Positions 20,249 through 29,477 of a DNA stretch of 64,000 bases are shown piece by piece (within the stretch, counting starts at the first letter, position 1; each line of letters starts with the position of its first letter). The notes beneath the pieces are model-generated. The model was not told where the DNA came from. It ran no database searches and saw only the letters and a list, made by a program, of their open reading frames with translations. Made by a program: the position numbers and the translations under genes. Origin of the DNA: Methanobacteriota archaeon (lineage in GTDB: Archaea; Thermoplasmatota; Thermoplasmata; SG8-5; JAGLSY01); NCBI GenBank assembly GCA_020697715.1, contig JAEHCO010000001.1:352001-416000 (forward strand). The letters are read 5' to 3'.

Positions 20249-21163
20249 ATGACCATCATATCCAGACCTTACAGATATCCAGAAGATTTTGAGAGAATTG
20301 GAAAATTCCTAATTGATAATTATCAGCCAATGAACAGGGATGGCAATTGGTTCCAACCTCAATGGGAATATATGCATTTCCACCCCCTCATGGATAGTTC
20401 CACCTTTGATAAGTTCAGAATATGGGAGGACTCTGGTGAAATAGTGGGTGTGGTCCATTTGGAATGGTTTCCAGGAGCAGCATTCTTTCAGACCCACCCA
20501 GATCATCACGATTTAAGATCCGATATGCTGGAATATGCAGAAACCAACCTCATCAAAAGACTGGATGATGGCCAAGGATGCATCAAGGCATATATCAGGG
20601 ATTTTGACAAGGAGTTCGAATCCATAGCATTTGAAAAAGGCTATAGAAAAAATGAAAATAAAGAGGATAACTGGCCTCTTTCTTATTTCAAGATTCCAGA
20701 TCCATTTCCGAGTATCGATCTACCCGACGGCTATAAATTAAAGAGCCTTGAGGATGAAAATGATCTGCACAAGATCAACAGTGTGTTATGGCGTGGTTTT
20801 GACCATTCAGGAGAGCCGCCAGAGGAAGAAATAGAGGGTAGGATCAAGATGCAATCCGGTCCCCACTTTAGGAAGGACCTGACCATCATTGCTCAAGCTC
20901 CGGATGGGAACTACGCATCTTTCTCCGGAACATGGTATGACAGCGCGAACAAGATAGCACTTGTCGAACCTGTTGCCACAGATCCCGATCACCGGTTAAT
21001 GGGACTTGGAAGAGCGGTGGTCATGGAAGGGATACGTCGCTGCGGTATCCTGGGTGCGGAGATCGCGTATGTCGGCTCGTATCAAACATTTTACGAGCGC
21101 ATTGGATTCAAAAGACTTCCCCCGAGCAATTCATGGGTGAAGTTCATTGATAAGGTGGATTAG
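20249..21163 (+). CDS. Tandem GNAT family N-acetyltransferase
   Basis: VEPVATDPDHRLMGLGRA..FYERIGF acetyl-CoA motif. Confidence 0.88.
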   Translation: MTIISRPYRYPEDFERIGKFLIDNYQPMNRDGNWFQPQWEYMHFHPLMDSSTFDKFRIWEDSGEIVGVVHLEWFPGAAFFQTHPDHHDLRSDMLEYAETNLIKRLDDGQGCIKAYIRDFDKEFESIAFEKGYRKNENKEDNWPLSYFKIPDPFPSIDLPDGYKLKSLEDENDLHKINSVLWRGFDHSGEPPEEEIEGRIKMQSGPHFRKDLTIIAQAPDGNYASFSGTWYDSANKIALVEPVATDPDHRLMGLGRAVVMEGIRRCGILGAEIAYVGSYQTFYERIGFKRLPPSNSWVKFIDKVD

Positions 21164-21196
21164 TTATTAAACAATATAAGCAGAAGGGTAAAGGGG

Positions 21197-21224
21197 AAAA
21201 CCCCGCATTTTTCAGCGGGGTTTT
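21197..21224. terminator. Bidirectional terminator-like hairpin between convergent genes
   Basis: AAAACCCCGC..GCGGGGTTTT. Confidence 0.55.
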
Positions 21225-21258
21225 ATTCTGTTTTTCAGGTTGTGCTGGTTGAACGAAC

Positions 21259-22908
21259 TTAGAAGTCCATTCCGCCCATGCCGCCCATTCCTGGAGGCAT
21301 GCCGCCTGCTCCACCTGGTGGGCCGCCAGCCATCTTCTTGCCAGCTATGACGTCATCTATCCTGAGGATCATATTCGCCACTTCGGTAGCTGATTCGATA
21401 GCCTGGGTCTTGACCCTGAGGGGCTCGATGATATTGAGCTTCTTCATGTCAACGACCTTTCCAGTGTCCACATTGATGCCAGCTGTCTTGACCTTCTTAC
21501 CCTCGTGCTCGCTTCTTAGTTTGATGAGGATGTCGATAGAATCCAGACCTGCGTTCTCTGCCAATGTCCATGGGATGATCTCGGTTGCCTTTGCGAAAGC
21601 CTCTATGGCCAGCTGTTCCCTTCCACCGATCTTGGTGCCGAACTTTGTCAAGCCCATTGATAATTCAATTTCAGCTGATCCGCCGCCTGGTATGACCATT
21701 CCGTCCTCGACTGCGACTGCCACTACTTTCAAAGCATCGTGCAGAGCCCTGTCACTCTCATCTATGACGTGTTCTGTCGCGCCCCTGATGAGCATGGAAA
21801 CGGATTTCGCATCCTTGCAACCAGTGACGAATGTCATGTCACTGTCAGCGACCTTCCTCTCTTCCACCATTCCGGCAGTTCCGAGGTCGGACTTCTTGAT
21901 GTCCTCGAGGTTGGTGACAACGTGACCACCAGTCGCCATAGAGAGCTTCTCCATGTCGGACTTCTTGATCCTGCGTATGGTGAAGATATTCTCCTTGGCC
22001 AAGTAGTGCTGGACCAGATCGTCCACGCCCTTCTGGCAGAAGACGACATTCGCGCCTGATTTCTTGATGAGGTCCACTTTCTTCTTCAGTGTCTTCTCTT
22101 CCTCATCCAGGAAAGCCTGCAATTGTGTCGGGTCTGTGATCTGGATCTTTGCATCCACTTCGGTCTTCTTGATCTCGAGAGCGGAATCGATGAGTGCGAT
22201 CTTCGCGTTCTTAACAGAGCTTGGCATCCTTGGGTGAACCTTTTCCTTGTCCAGTATGATACCCTCGATGAGCTCTGAATCACTGACATTTCCACCAGTC
22301 TTCTTCTCGATCTTGATATTGTCGATGTCAACAACGTACTTCGATCCTTTCTTCTCCGCGACTGCCTTCACTGCCTTGACTGTGATGTCCGCGAGGTAGC
22401 TCTTCTCGGTTCCAATGCTCTTTCCGGTCATCGCGGTCATGGCCACACTCTTCAGGGCCTTCCCATCTGTTGGGCTGACCTTCACACCAAGCTTGTTCAG
22501 GATACCGATGGCCTCGATGGAAGCCAGTCTGTATCCGTTCGCTATGACAGTAGGGTGCACATTGTGTTCGATAAGATCTTCAGCTTTCTTCAGTAATTCG
22601 CCAGCCAGTACGACTGCGGATGTTGTTCCATCCCCACACTCATTATCCTGGGTCTTGGCAACCTCGACGACCATCTTGGCCGCAGGGTGTTCGATGTCGA
22701 TCTCCTTCAGGATGGTGGCCCCGTCATTCGTGATGACGACGTCTCCCATTCCATCGACCAGCATCTTGTCCATTCCTTTTGGACCCAAGGTCGAGCGCAC
22801 TGCCTCAGCCACAGCTTTTGCTGCAGCTATATTGTTGAGCTGGGCACCTCTGCCTTTCATGTCCTTCGCTCCTTCTCTTAATACGATAATTGGTTGTTGT
22901 CCTTGCAT
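21259..22908 (-). CDS. ths: Thermosome (group II chaperonin) subunit
   Basis: [35 protein letters not shown] tail. Confidence 0.97.
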   Translation of the reverse strand: MQGQQPIIVLREGAKDMKGRGAQLNNIAAAKAVAEAVRSTLGPKGMDKMLVDGMGDVVITNDGATILKEIDIEHPAAKMVVEVAKTQDNECGDGTTSAVVLAGELLKKAEDLIEHNVHPTVIANGYRLASIEAIGILNKLGVKVSPTDGKALKSVAMTAMTGKSIGTEKSYLADITVKAVKAVAEKKGSKYVVDIDNIKIEKKTGGNVSDSELIEGIILDKEKVHPRMPSSVKNAKIALIDSALEIKKTEVDAKIQITDPTQLQAFLDEEEKTLKKKVDLIKKSGANVVFCQKGVDDLVQHYLAKENIFTIRRIKKSDMEKLSMATGGHVVTNLEDIKKSDLGTAGMVEERKVADSDMTFVTGCKDAKSVSMLIRGATEHVIDESDRALHDALKVVAVAVEDGMVIPGGGSAEIELSMGLTKFGTKIGGREQLAIEAFAKATEIIPWTLAENAGLDSIDILIKLRSEHEGKKVKTAGINVDTGKVVDMKKLNIIEPLRVKTQAIESATEVANMILRIDDVIAGKKMAGGPPGGAGGMPPGMGGMGGMDF

Positions 22909-23046
22909 GTTTTCATCTCCTTAATATATAAATTCGGACTCCCCCAAGAGTTTGAACTTCTATAAAAGCTTTATTGCTAAGTCAACTACTATTTGGAATG
23001 CAAAATTATATGACTTCCATCCCATTCCTATTGATGAGGCAGTATC

Positions 23047-24345
23047 ATTTATATCGGGGTAGACGACACGGATTCCACAAGCGGGATGTGCACCACGTAC
23101 CTGGCCACTGAGCTGATCAGGGAGTTCAGTGAATACGATATCATTGGTAATCCTCGACTTGTTAGATTGAACCCGAATGTTCCGTGGAAGACCAGGGGCA
23201 ATGGCGCGGTTTCTATATTATTTGGCAAGGGCCAGGGCGAGAAGAAGATCATCGGCAATATCGATGGCGAGGATATCTGGGGCTATTATTACGGCGCCTC
23301 CACTCCTTCGACCGAAGCTGATTTCGAAAGGGCATGCGCGGTGGTGAAGGATCTATCCATGTTCGAGGATGAGAAGACCAATCCTGGAATCGTCATGTAC
23401 GATACCAAACCCTCGGAAAGGATATACTGGCAAGCGGTGCGCGACATCGTGACACAAGAGGGCTTGTGGATAATCACCGAGCCTAAGTTCAAACGCGGGT
23501 ACAAGAACGGTCGCGGGCTCATAGGTGCGACCGCGGCAACTGCGTGGAAGCCCAGGGATCGGACATACGAGCTAATTGCTTATCGTGAGAAGGAAAAATG
23601 GGGAACGGAGAGGAAGATAGACGAGGCCAGTGTTATCGCCATGGATAAGAAATTCTATTCCACTTTCAATAATTACGATTATGAAGAAAAGCACATGATC
23701 ATCGCCCCCAGCTCCCCATGCCCGGTGCTTTTCGGGATACGAGGTGATAGTGAATCAATTCTTCCAAAGGCCATGGACCTTCTCGAGACCGAGAAGGTAG
23801 ACCGTTGGCTCTTGTATCTGAGCAATCAGGGCACGGACGATCACATAGTTCCCAAATCTCTAGGGGCTCTAGAGCCATATTCTTCTGTCATGACCACTGG
23901 TATGGTGTCAAAAAATCCGGCTATGATAGCGGGTGGGCATCTGGTATTTGGAATATCCTCAAGAGGAAAGGAGGTGGATTGCACCATATACGAGCCAGCC
24001 AAGAAATTCCGGGACATCGGGATGAAGTTAAGGGTGGGCGATGTTCTGACGATTCTCGGCGGTGTGAGGGAAAGGCCCTTCACCATCAATGTGGAGAAGA
24101 TCCATGTTGATTCTCTGTCACCTCACAGGATCAAGACCTCGAATCCCATTTGCCAGGACTGCTCCAAGGCCATGAAGTCCATAGGGCGCGGTCAAGGATA
24201 CAAATGTGCCAAATGCGGGAAGAAGGCCAAAGAGCAGGATGCGAAGTTCGAAGATGAGATCAGAGACCTCGAGGAGAAATGGTACGAGCCCACGACCAGC
24301 GCATTGCGGCATCTGGCCATGCCATTGAAGAGGATGCAGACGTAA
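23047..24345 (+). CDS. tiaS: tRNA(Ile2) 2-agmatinylcytidine synthetase (no in-frame ATG before conserved N-terminus)
   Basis: YIGVDDTDSTSGMCTTY, RLNPNVPWKTRGNGAV, PVLFGIRG, SNQGTDDH, YEP, zinc ribbon, RHLAMPL. Confidence 0.93.
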   Translation: MYIGVDDTDSTSGMCTTYLATELIREFSEYDIIGNPRLVRLNPNVPWKTRGNGAVSILFGKGQGEKKIIGNIDGEDIWGYYYGASTPSTEADFERACAVVKDLSMFEDEKTNPGIVMYDTKPSERIYWQAVRDIVTQEGLWIITEPKFKRGYKNGRGLIGATAATAWKPRDRTYELIAYREKEKWGTERKIDEASVIAMDKKFYSTFNNYDYEEKHMIIAPSSPCPVLFGIRGDSESILPKAMDLLETEKVDRWLLYLSNQGTDDHIVPKSLGALEPYSSVMTTGMVSKNPAMIAGGHLVFGISSRGKEVDCTIYEPAKKFRDIGMKLRVGDVLTILGGVRERPFTINVEKIHVDSLSPHRIKTSNPICQDCSKAMKSIGRGQGYKCAKCGKKAKEQDAKFEDEIRDLEEKWYEPTTSALRHLAMPLKRMQT

Positions 24346-24547
24346 TCCTCTTTACAAGGATCCGAACAATGAGCAGTCTCGAATCAAATCACACCTCGAG
24401 ATCATCCATATATCAGTATCCCATCTAAACGAAACCTTTTATATAACTATAAGTTAAGGGTGAAATATTGGTAGGCATTACCGATGTTTTAATATATTCA
24501 TTAATCGATGTCTACTTAGTCAAGAAATCAATACGGTAGGTGTACAT

Positions 24548-25660
24548 ATGAGCTCTATTGTAAAAGAAGTATTATCCCGGTCCGCATCAGAGACCACGCC
24601 GCAAGAGTCACCGACAGCGAGAGTTGGAGGCCTTAGTGCGCAGGACGAAGAATTAGAGAGGATACTGGCAGGTTTGAAGACCAATATCAAGATATTTGGT
24701 TGCGGTGGCGGAGGCAGTAATACTGTCGACAGGCTAGTGGACTCTGGAATAATGGGTGCGGAGCTATATGCATTGAATACGGATGCCCAGCATCTCCTGA
24801 CAGTACATGTTCCACACAAGATCCTGCTCGGCAGAAGGGCTACAAGAGGACTCGGCGCTGGAGCTCTCCCACAGGTTGGAGAAGAGGCCGCAAGGGAAGC
24901 TGAGGAAGAGATCAAAGCATCACTGGCCGGCGCAGATATCGTATTTGTCACATGTGGCCTTGGTGGCGGTACTGGAACAGGTTCCGCACCAGTCGTCGCT
25001 CAGATGGCGAAAGAGATGGGAGCACTTGCCATTGCTATTTGTACATCCCCTTTCAAAGCAGAGGGAAATATCAGACAAGAGAATGCGAATTATGGTTTGG
25101 AAAGACTGAGGGACGTGGCAGACACGGTCATAGTCATACCGAACGACAAGCTACTGGATCTTGTTCCACGCTTGTCAGTTACAGCAGCCTTCAAGGTTGC
25201 GGATGAAGTTCTGATGAGATCCATCAAGGGTATCACGGAAGTTGTTACCAAACCCGGTTTGGTCAATCTGGACTTCAATGATCTCAAGACCATCATGCGC
25301 GGCGGAGGCGTGGCCATGATAGGACTTGGAGAGGCCGAGGACGAGGACAGAGCATCAGAAGCTGTCAATGAAGCTATCAATTCCCCACTTATAGACGTGG
25401 ACATAACAGAAGCTGCTGGCGCCCTGGTAAATGTCACTGGCGGTCCGGATATGTCCATTGCCGAAGCTGAGGAAGTGGCTGAGATCGTTCAGAGCAGGAT
25501 AAGTGGCAATGCCCGGATCATCTGGGGAGCTGCTGTTGATCCAGAACTAGAGGGAAAGATACGCGTGATGGTGGTCATCACTGGTGTGAAATCCAATCAG
25601 ATGTACTCCCGCGAGGAAGGAGCCAAGACCAGTAAGGTAGGTCTGGACCTGATAAACTAA
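24548..25660 (+). CDS. ftsZ: Cell division protein FtsZ (paralog B, ftsZ-secE-spt5-rpl11 synteny)
   Basis: [26 protein letters not shown]. Confidence 0.97.
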   Translation: MSSIVKEVLSRSASETTPQESPTARVGGLSAQDEELERILAGLKTNIKIFGCGGGGSNTVDRLVDSGIMGAELYALNTDAQHLLTVHVPHKILLGRRATRGLGAGALPQVGEEAAREAEEEIKASLAGADIVFVTCGLGGGTGTGSAPVVAQMAKEMGALAIAICTSPFKAEGNIRQENANYGLERLRDVADTVIVIPNDKLLDLVPRLSVTAAFKVADEVLMRSIKGITEVVTKPGLVNLDFNDLKTIMRGGGVAMIGLGEAEDEDRASEAVNEAINSPLIDVDITEAAGALVNVTGGPDMSIAEAEEVAEIVQSRISGNARIIWGAAVDPELEGKIRVMVVITGVKSNQMYSREEGAKTSKVGLDLIN

Positions 25661-25691
25661 AGAATAACAATAACTCAAAGGAGCTGAACAT

Positions 25692-25928
25692 ATGGATATA
25701 GTCGATGAATCATGGAAAGTTCAAAATAAGATCGAAGATAAGGCCAGGAATCTCGGAAAAGGCAAGTATGGCCGAGTTCTGAAGATGGCCAGAAAACCAG
25801 AGACCGATGAATATGTCAAGATATTGCAAATAACCAGCCTTGGACTCATCCTTATGGGTGGCCTGGGATTTTTGATATACTGGCTCTGGTACAGGCTTCC
25901 AATACATCTTGGATGGGCCCTGTTCTGA
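25692..25928 (+). CDS. secE: Protein translocase SecE/Sec61-gamma
   Basis: YGRVLKMARKPETDEY..GLILMGGLGFLIY; synteny. Confidence 0.92.
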   Translation: MDIVDESWKVQNKIEDKARNLGKGKYGRVLKMARKPETDEYVKILQITSLGLILMGGLGFLIYWLWYRLPIHLGWALF

Positions 25929-25952
25929 TATATTTAGATTTAAGGTGATATT

Positions 25953-26864
25953 ATGTCATTATTAGATGGTATTGAAAAAGATGATGAGGAAAACGATGAT
26001 AAGGCTGTGGCATCCCACACGCCATTTGTTCAGAGAACGATATCATTGTTCACTCTCGGTGAGGATAGGAGGACGATCACTACAGGGATCGAGAGTAATT
26101 ACCGCTTCCTATTGAAGAATGAAGGTTCCAGCAAAGACACAGTGGAGATATCCGCTGACCTTATAGCTGCAACCAGCCTTGGAGAAGATGCTGCAGAATG
26201 GCATGTGTCTTTAAGGCAAAAGGGCGGCAAGCCCTGGGAAGTTATCAAGGGCAGCCTGAAAGGCAAGGAAATAAAATTGCCTGGTGGCGAATCCCTGGAG
26301 CTTGTATTGGCAGTATCATCACCAAGGGGAGCCAGATACGGTGACACGATGAATGTCGTGGTCACAGCTACCTCTCTCACCAATAGAGCGATATCAGATT
26401 CAATAACCTTCAGAACGACAGCCCAGCAATCCGTTCTGGCGATAAAGACCCAAATAGGCCATGAAAGAACTGTGGCCGATACTCTGTCTGCCAGAAGCAA
26501 GGACCTTGGCGTTCAATCCATTTTATGCCCCAATGCTTTGAGAGGGTATATCATCGTGGAGGCCATGAACACCGACCGTCTGGCCGAGACCGTGCGCGGG
26601 ATCAAAAGAGCCAGGGGTGTTGTTGAAGGTGAGATGACCTTTGATGAGATAACACATTACCTGACACCAAAGCCATTGGTGTCCGGAATTGTCGAAGGAG
26701 ATATAGTGGAGCTTATTGCTGGCCCATTCAAGGGTGAGAAGGCGAGGGTTCAGCTGATAGACGAGGGCAAGGAAGAAATAACAGTGGAGCTTTTCGAGGC
26801 TCTCGTGCCCATCCCAGTGACTGTCAAGGGTGACAGTGTACGGGTGATAGAAAAGGATAGATAA
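25953..26864 (+). CDS. spt5: Transcription elongation factor Spt5/NusG with N-terminal extra domain
   Basis: NGN (KTQIGHE..GYIIVEA) and KOW (GDIVELIAGPFKGEKARV) in C-terminal half. Confidence 0.93.
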   Translation: MSLLDGIEKDDEENDDKAVASHTPFVQRTISLFTLGEDRRTITTGIESNYRFLLKNEGSSKDTVEISADLIAATSLGEDAAEWHVSLRQKGGKPWEVIKGSLKGKEIKLPGGESLELVLAVSSPRGARYGDTMNVVVTATSLTNRAISDSITFRTTAQQSVLAIKTQIGHERTVADTLSARSKDLGVQSILCPNALRGYIIVEAMNTDRLAETVRGIKRARGVVEGEMTFDEITHYLTPKPLVSGIVEGDIVELIAGPFKGEKARVQLIDEGKEEITVELFEALVPIPVTVKGDSVRVIEKDR

Positions 26865-26886
26865 TTACAATTCAGGAGTTGAATAA

Positions 26887-27363
26887 ATGGCAGAAAAAAT
26901 AGAAGTACTTGTGGACGGCGGAAAGGCCACACCAGGACCGCCATTGGGACCCGCTTTGGGCCCAATGGGAGTAAATGTTGTGGAGATCGTCGGCGCTATA
27001 AATGAAAAGACAAAGGCCTTCGTGGGAATGAAGGTGCCAGTCAAGCTAACGATCGACCCAAAGACCAAGGCTTACGAGATATCTGTGGGAACACCACCGA
27101 CCAGTGCTTTAGTTCTAAAAGAACTTAAGCTGGATAGCGGATCCGGCAATGCCCCGAATGTCAAGGTTGGAAGCCTGACCATCGACCAGATAAAGAGAGT
27201 TGGTGAGATGAAGCAGGATTCCTTGCTTGGCACTACTCTGAAAGAGAGGGTGATGGAAGTCGCTGGGACATGCGTGTCCATGGGTGTGGAAGTTGAAGGA
27301 CTTGATGCAAAACAATTCCAGGACCAGATGAGACGTGGCAAGTTCGATAAGCATTTCGAGTAG
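26887..27363 (+). CDS. rpl11: 50S ribosomal protein L11
   Basis: GGKATPGPPLGPALGPMG, GTCVSMG. Confidence 0.98.
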   Translation: MAEKIEVLVDGGKATPGPPLGPALGPMGVNVVEIVGAINEKTKAFVGMKVPVKLTIDPKTKAYEISVGTPPTSALVLKELKLDSGSGNAPNVKVGSLTIDQIKRVGEMKQDSLLGTTLKERVMEVAGTCVSMGVEVEGLDAKQFQDQMRRGKFDKHFE

Positions 27364-27372
27364 TCAATAAAT

Positions 27373-27398
27373 AATGCCCCGAACTATCAAGGGGCATT
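27373..27398 (+). terminator. Hairpin after rpl11
   Basis: AATGCCCC..GGGGCATT followed by T-rich tract. Confidence 0.5.
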
Positions 27399-27503
27399 CC
27401 TTTCATATTTTCTAGTATAATTCATTTGTATGATCTTGAATTAATTGTATGATGATCTCACATCTTCAGACAAGTTTTATAAGATAAGGGAGCAATCCTA
27501 CTC

Positions 27504-28013
27504 ATGGAGAAGGGTATGAGCGAAGAGGAAAGCGCAGGGAAGATTATAGGAAGTGGGAAGAAAACTATAGTTTATGTCATCATAATTATAGCAATAATTT
27601 CTGGTTTATATTTGCTTTATTTAACTACACCATCTCCTTCAATTGCTAATCCTGATCCATATTTTTCAATAATTTCTGTTAATAATACTACAACATTTGA
27701 ATTAGTATCAATTGATTATAAATATCCAATTGAATGTTTTAATATTACAAATATGACAGTCTCTATTTCTTCAACTCTTTCAATTGATGATAACTTATCT
27801 AATGGTGATTATTTTTTTAAAGGAAAACTAATCGAATTACATAATAATGTGAGTAGGCCAGTAGTTTTTTATGATAATGACAATGATTTTATTTTGAGTG
27901 AAGGAGATACATTTATTTCAGATTCGACCAATTTCCCTGAAGAGAATATAAAAAATCATGAATTTATTCTATGGATTAACTATAACAATTCTGAAATAAG
28001 GTTGAATATGTGA
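27504..28013 (+). CDS. AT-rich membrane-anchored hypothetical protein (surface/pilin-like)
   Basis: N-terminal TM; FYDNDNDFILSEGDTF motif; markedly AT-rich DNA. Confidence 0.6.
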   Translation: MEKGMSEEESAGKIIGSGKKTIVYVIIIIAIISGLYLLYLTTPSPSIANPDPYFSIISVNNTTTFELVSIDYKYPIECFNITNMTVSISSTLSIDDNLSNGDYFFKGKLIELHNNVSRPVVFYDNDNDFILSEGDTFISDSTNFPEENIKNHEFILWINYNNSEIRLNM

Positions 28014-28055
28014 TAGATAGCACAGATGAATTATCAAGCTATTATGTAATCTAAT

Positions 28056-29477
28056 TCACATCTTCAAACAGGTCTTCAGCACCATTGGCACTTCCTCGAT
28101 TATGTCAGTTGCTGTTAATGAATAGCCCAGTTTTTCAAATGCATTATCACCTGCGGCTCCCGAAAGGAAGACACCCATCCTGGCCGCGGCAAAAGGTCCG
28201 ATTCCTTTTGCCGTCAAGCCCGCTATCAAGCCCGCAAGCACATCTCCTGTACCTCCAACGGTCATTGCGGGGTTTCCTGTGAGGTTCTTCTTGGTCATGC
28301 GACCATCGGACACCAGATCGATCTTCCCCTTCAGAATGACCGTTAAACCCACTTTATCGGCCAATCTCTTTATTGACGCATCCTCCAAATCCTCCACAAG
28401 CTTCTGGAATTCAGCGCCGTGCGGTGTCAGGACACCAGATAACTTGACCTTTTCAAACAGGTCAAGATGTTCGGATATTGCAGTTAGAGCATCAGCATCC
28501 ACCACCACTGGCTTTTCCACCTTCGCCAGGAATTCCCGGACCGCTATCATTGTCCTCTCATCTCTGCCAATGCCGGGCCCGATAAGCACGGCATCGTTGT
28601 CCAAAGCCATTCTCAGAAGATCATCCACATGCTCTGGCTGGATGATGTTTCCCGACAATGGCTTGACAATGAAATTAGGCGAATGAGATGCGATCGGAAC
28701 AAAGCAATTCTCCGGTGTGGCGATGGTGACCAGATCCGCTCCAACTTTGTACGCGGCCAATCCTGCCAGTGCGGGAGCTCCAGTATAAGGTCCGCCTCCG
28801 ATTATCAGCAATCTACCATTATCGCCTTTATGGGAATCGGCTGAAGGTCTTGGGTAGTACTCGAATTCCCCAAGTCCAATGATCTCCACAGCCTCATGGG
28901 GGATTCCAATGTCAATGACTACGATATCTCCAGAATTACCAGCATCCATTCCATTTTTCACATCATGGAAGGTGATGGTCAGAGCCGGTTTGACACAGAT
29001 GTCAGCTCCGAGGCCGCTTGGAATATCTGTTGATATTATCGTTTTGGAACTGTTATTGATAGCATTTATCCAGGCTCTGAAAGGTTCTCTAATGTTCCCT
29101 TTCATTCCCGTGCCCAGCATGGAGTCTATGACGATCTCAGCCTCTCCAATATCATCTGGCTGAGCATTTTCCATTATCTGGATCTTCCCCTCTATCTGCT
29201 GAAGCATATGCCTGGCCACATCCCCACGCACATCATCCTTTCCTTTCACAAGAAGGATGATCGCAGATCTACCAAGCTCATGAAGTCTTCTGGCCGCGAC
29301 AAAACCATCGCCTCCATTGTTCCCCGTTCCACAGACAATGGATATATTTCCTTCTGGATATTTTCCGTGGATCTCATCAGCCAGTGCATCGCCCGCATTG
29401 CTCATGAGCTTGTCAGGCCTCACTCCATAGGCCTCGGAATTTATGTCCAACACTCTTGATTCAATCGGATCCATCAT
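28056..29477 (-). CDS. nnr: Bifunctional NAD(P)H-hydrate epimerase/dehydratase
   Basis: CGTGNNGGDG, DIPSG, HKGDNG, YTGAP, VVDADAL, LTPH, GGTGDVLAG. Confidence 0.95.
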   Translation of the reverse strand: MMDPIESRVLDINSEAYGVRPDKLMSNAGDALADEIHGKYPEGNISIVCGTGNNGGDGFVAARRLHELGRSAIILLVKGKDDVRGDVARHMLQQIEGKIQIMENAQPDDIGEAEIVIDSMLGTGMKGNIREPFRAWINAINNSSKTIISTDIPSGLGADICVKPALTITFHDVKNGMDAGNSGDIVVIDIGIPHEAVEIIGLGEFEYYPRPSADSHKGDNGRLLIIGGGPYTGAPALAGLAAYKVGADLVTIATPENCFVPIASHSPNFIVKPLSGNIIQPEHVDDLLRMALDNDAVLIGPGIGRDERTMIAVREFLAKVEKPVVVDADALTAISEHLDLFEKVKLSGVLTPHGAEFQKLVEDLEDASIKRLADKVGLTVILKGKIDLVSDGRMTKKNLTGNPAMTVGGTGDVLAGLIAGLTAKGIGPFAAARMGVFLSGAAGDNAFEKLGYSLTATDIIEEVPMVLKTCLKM

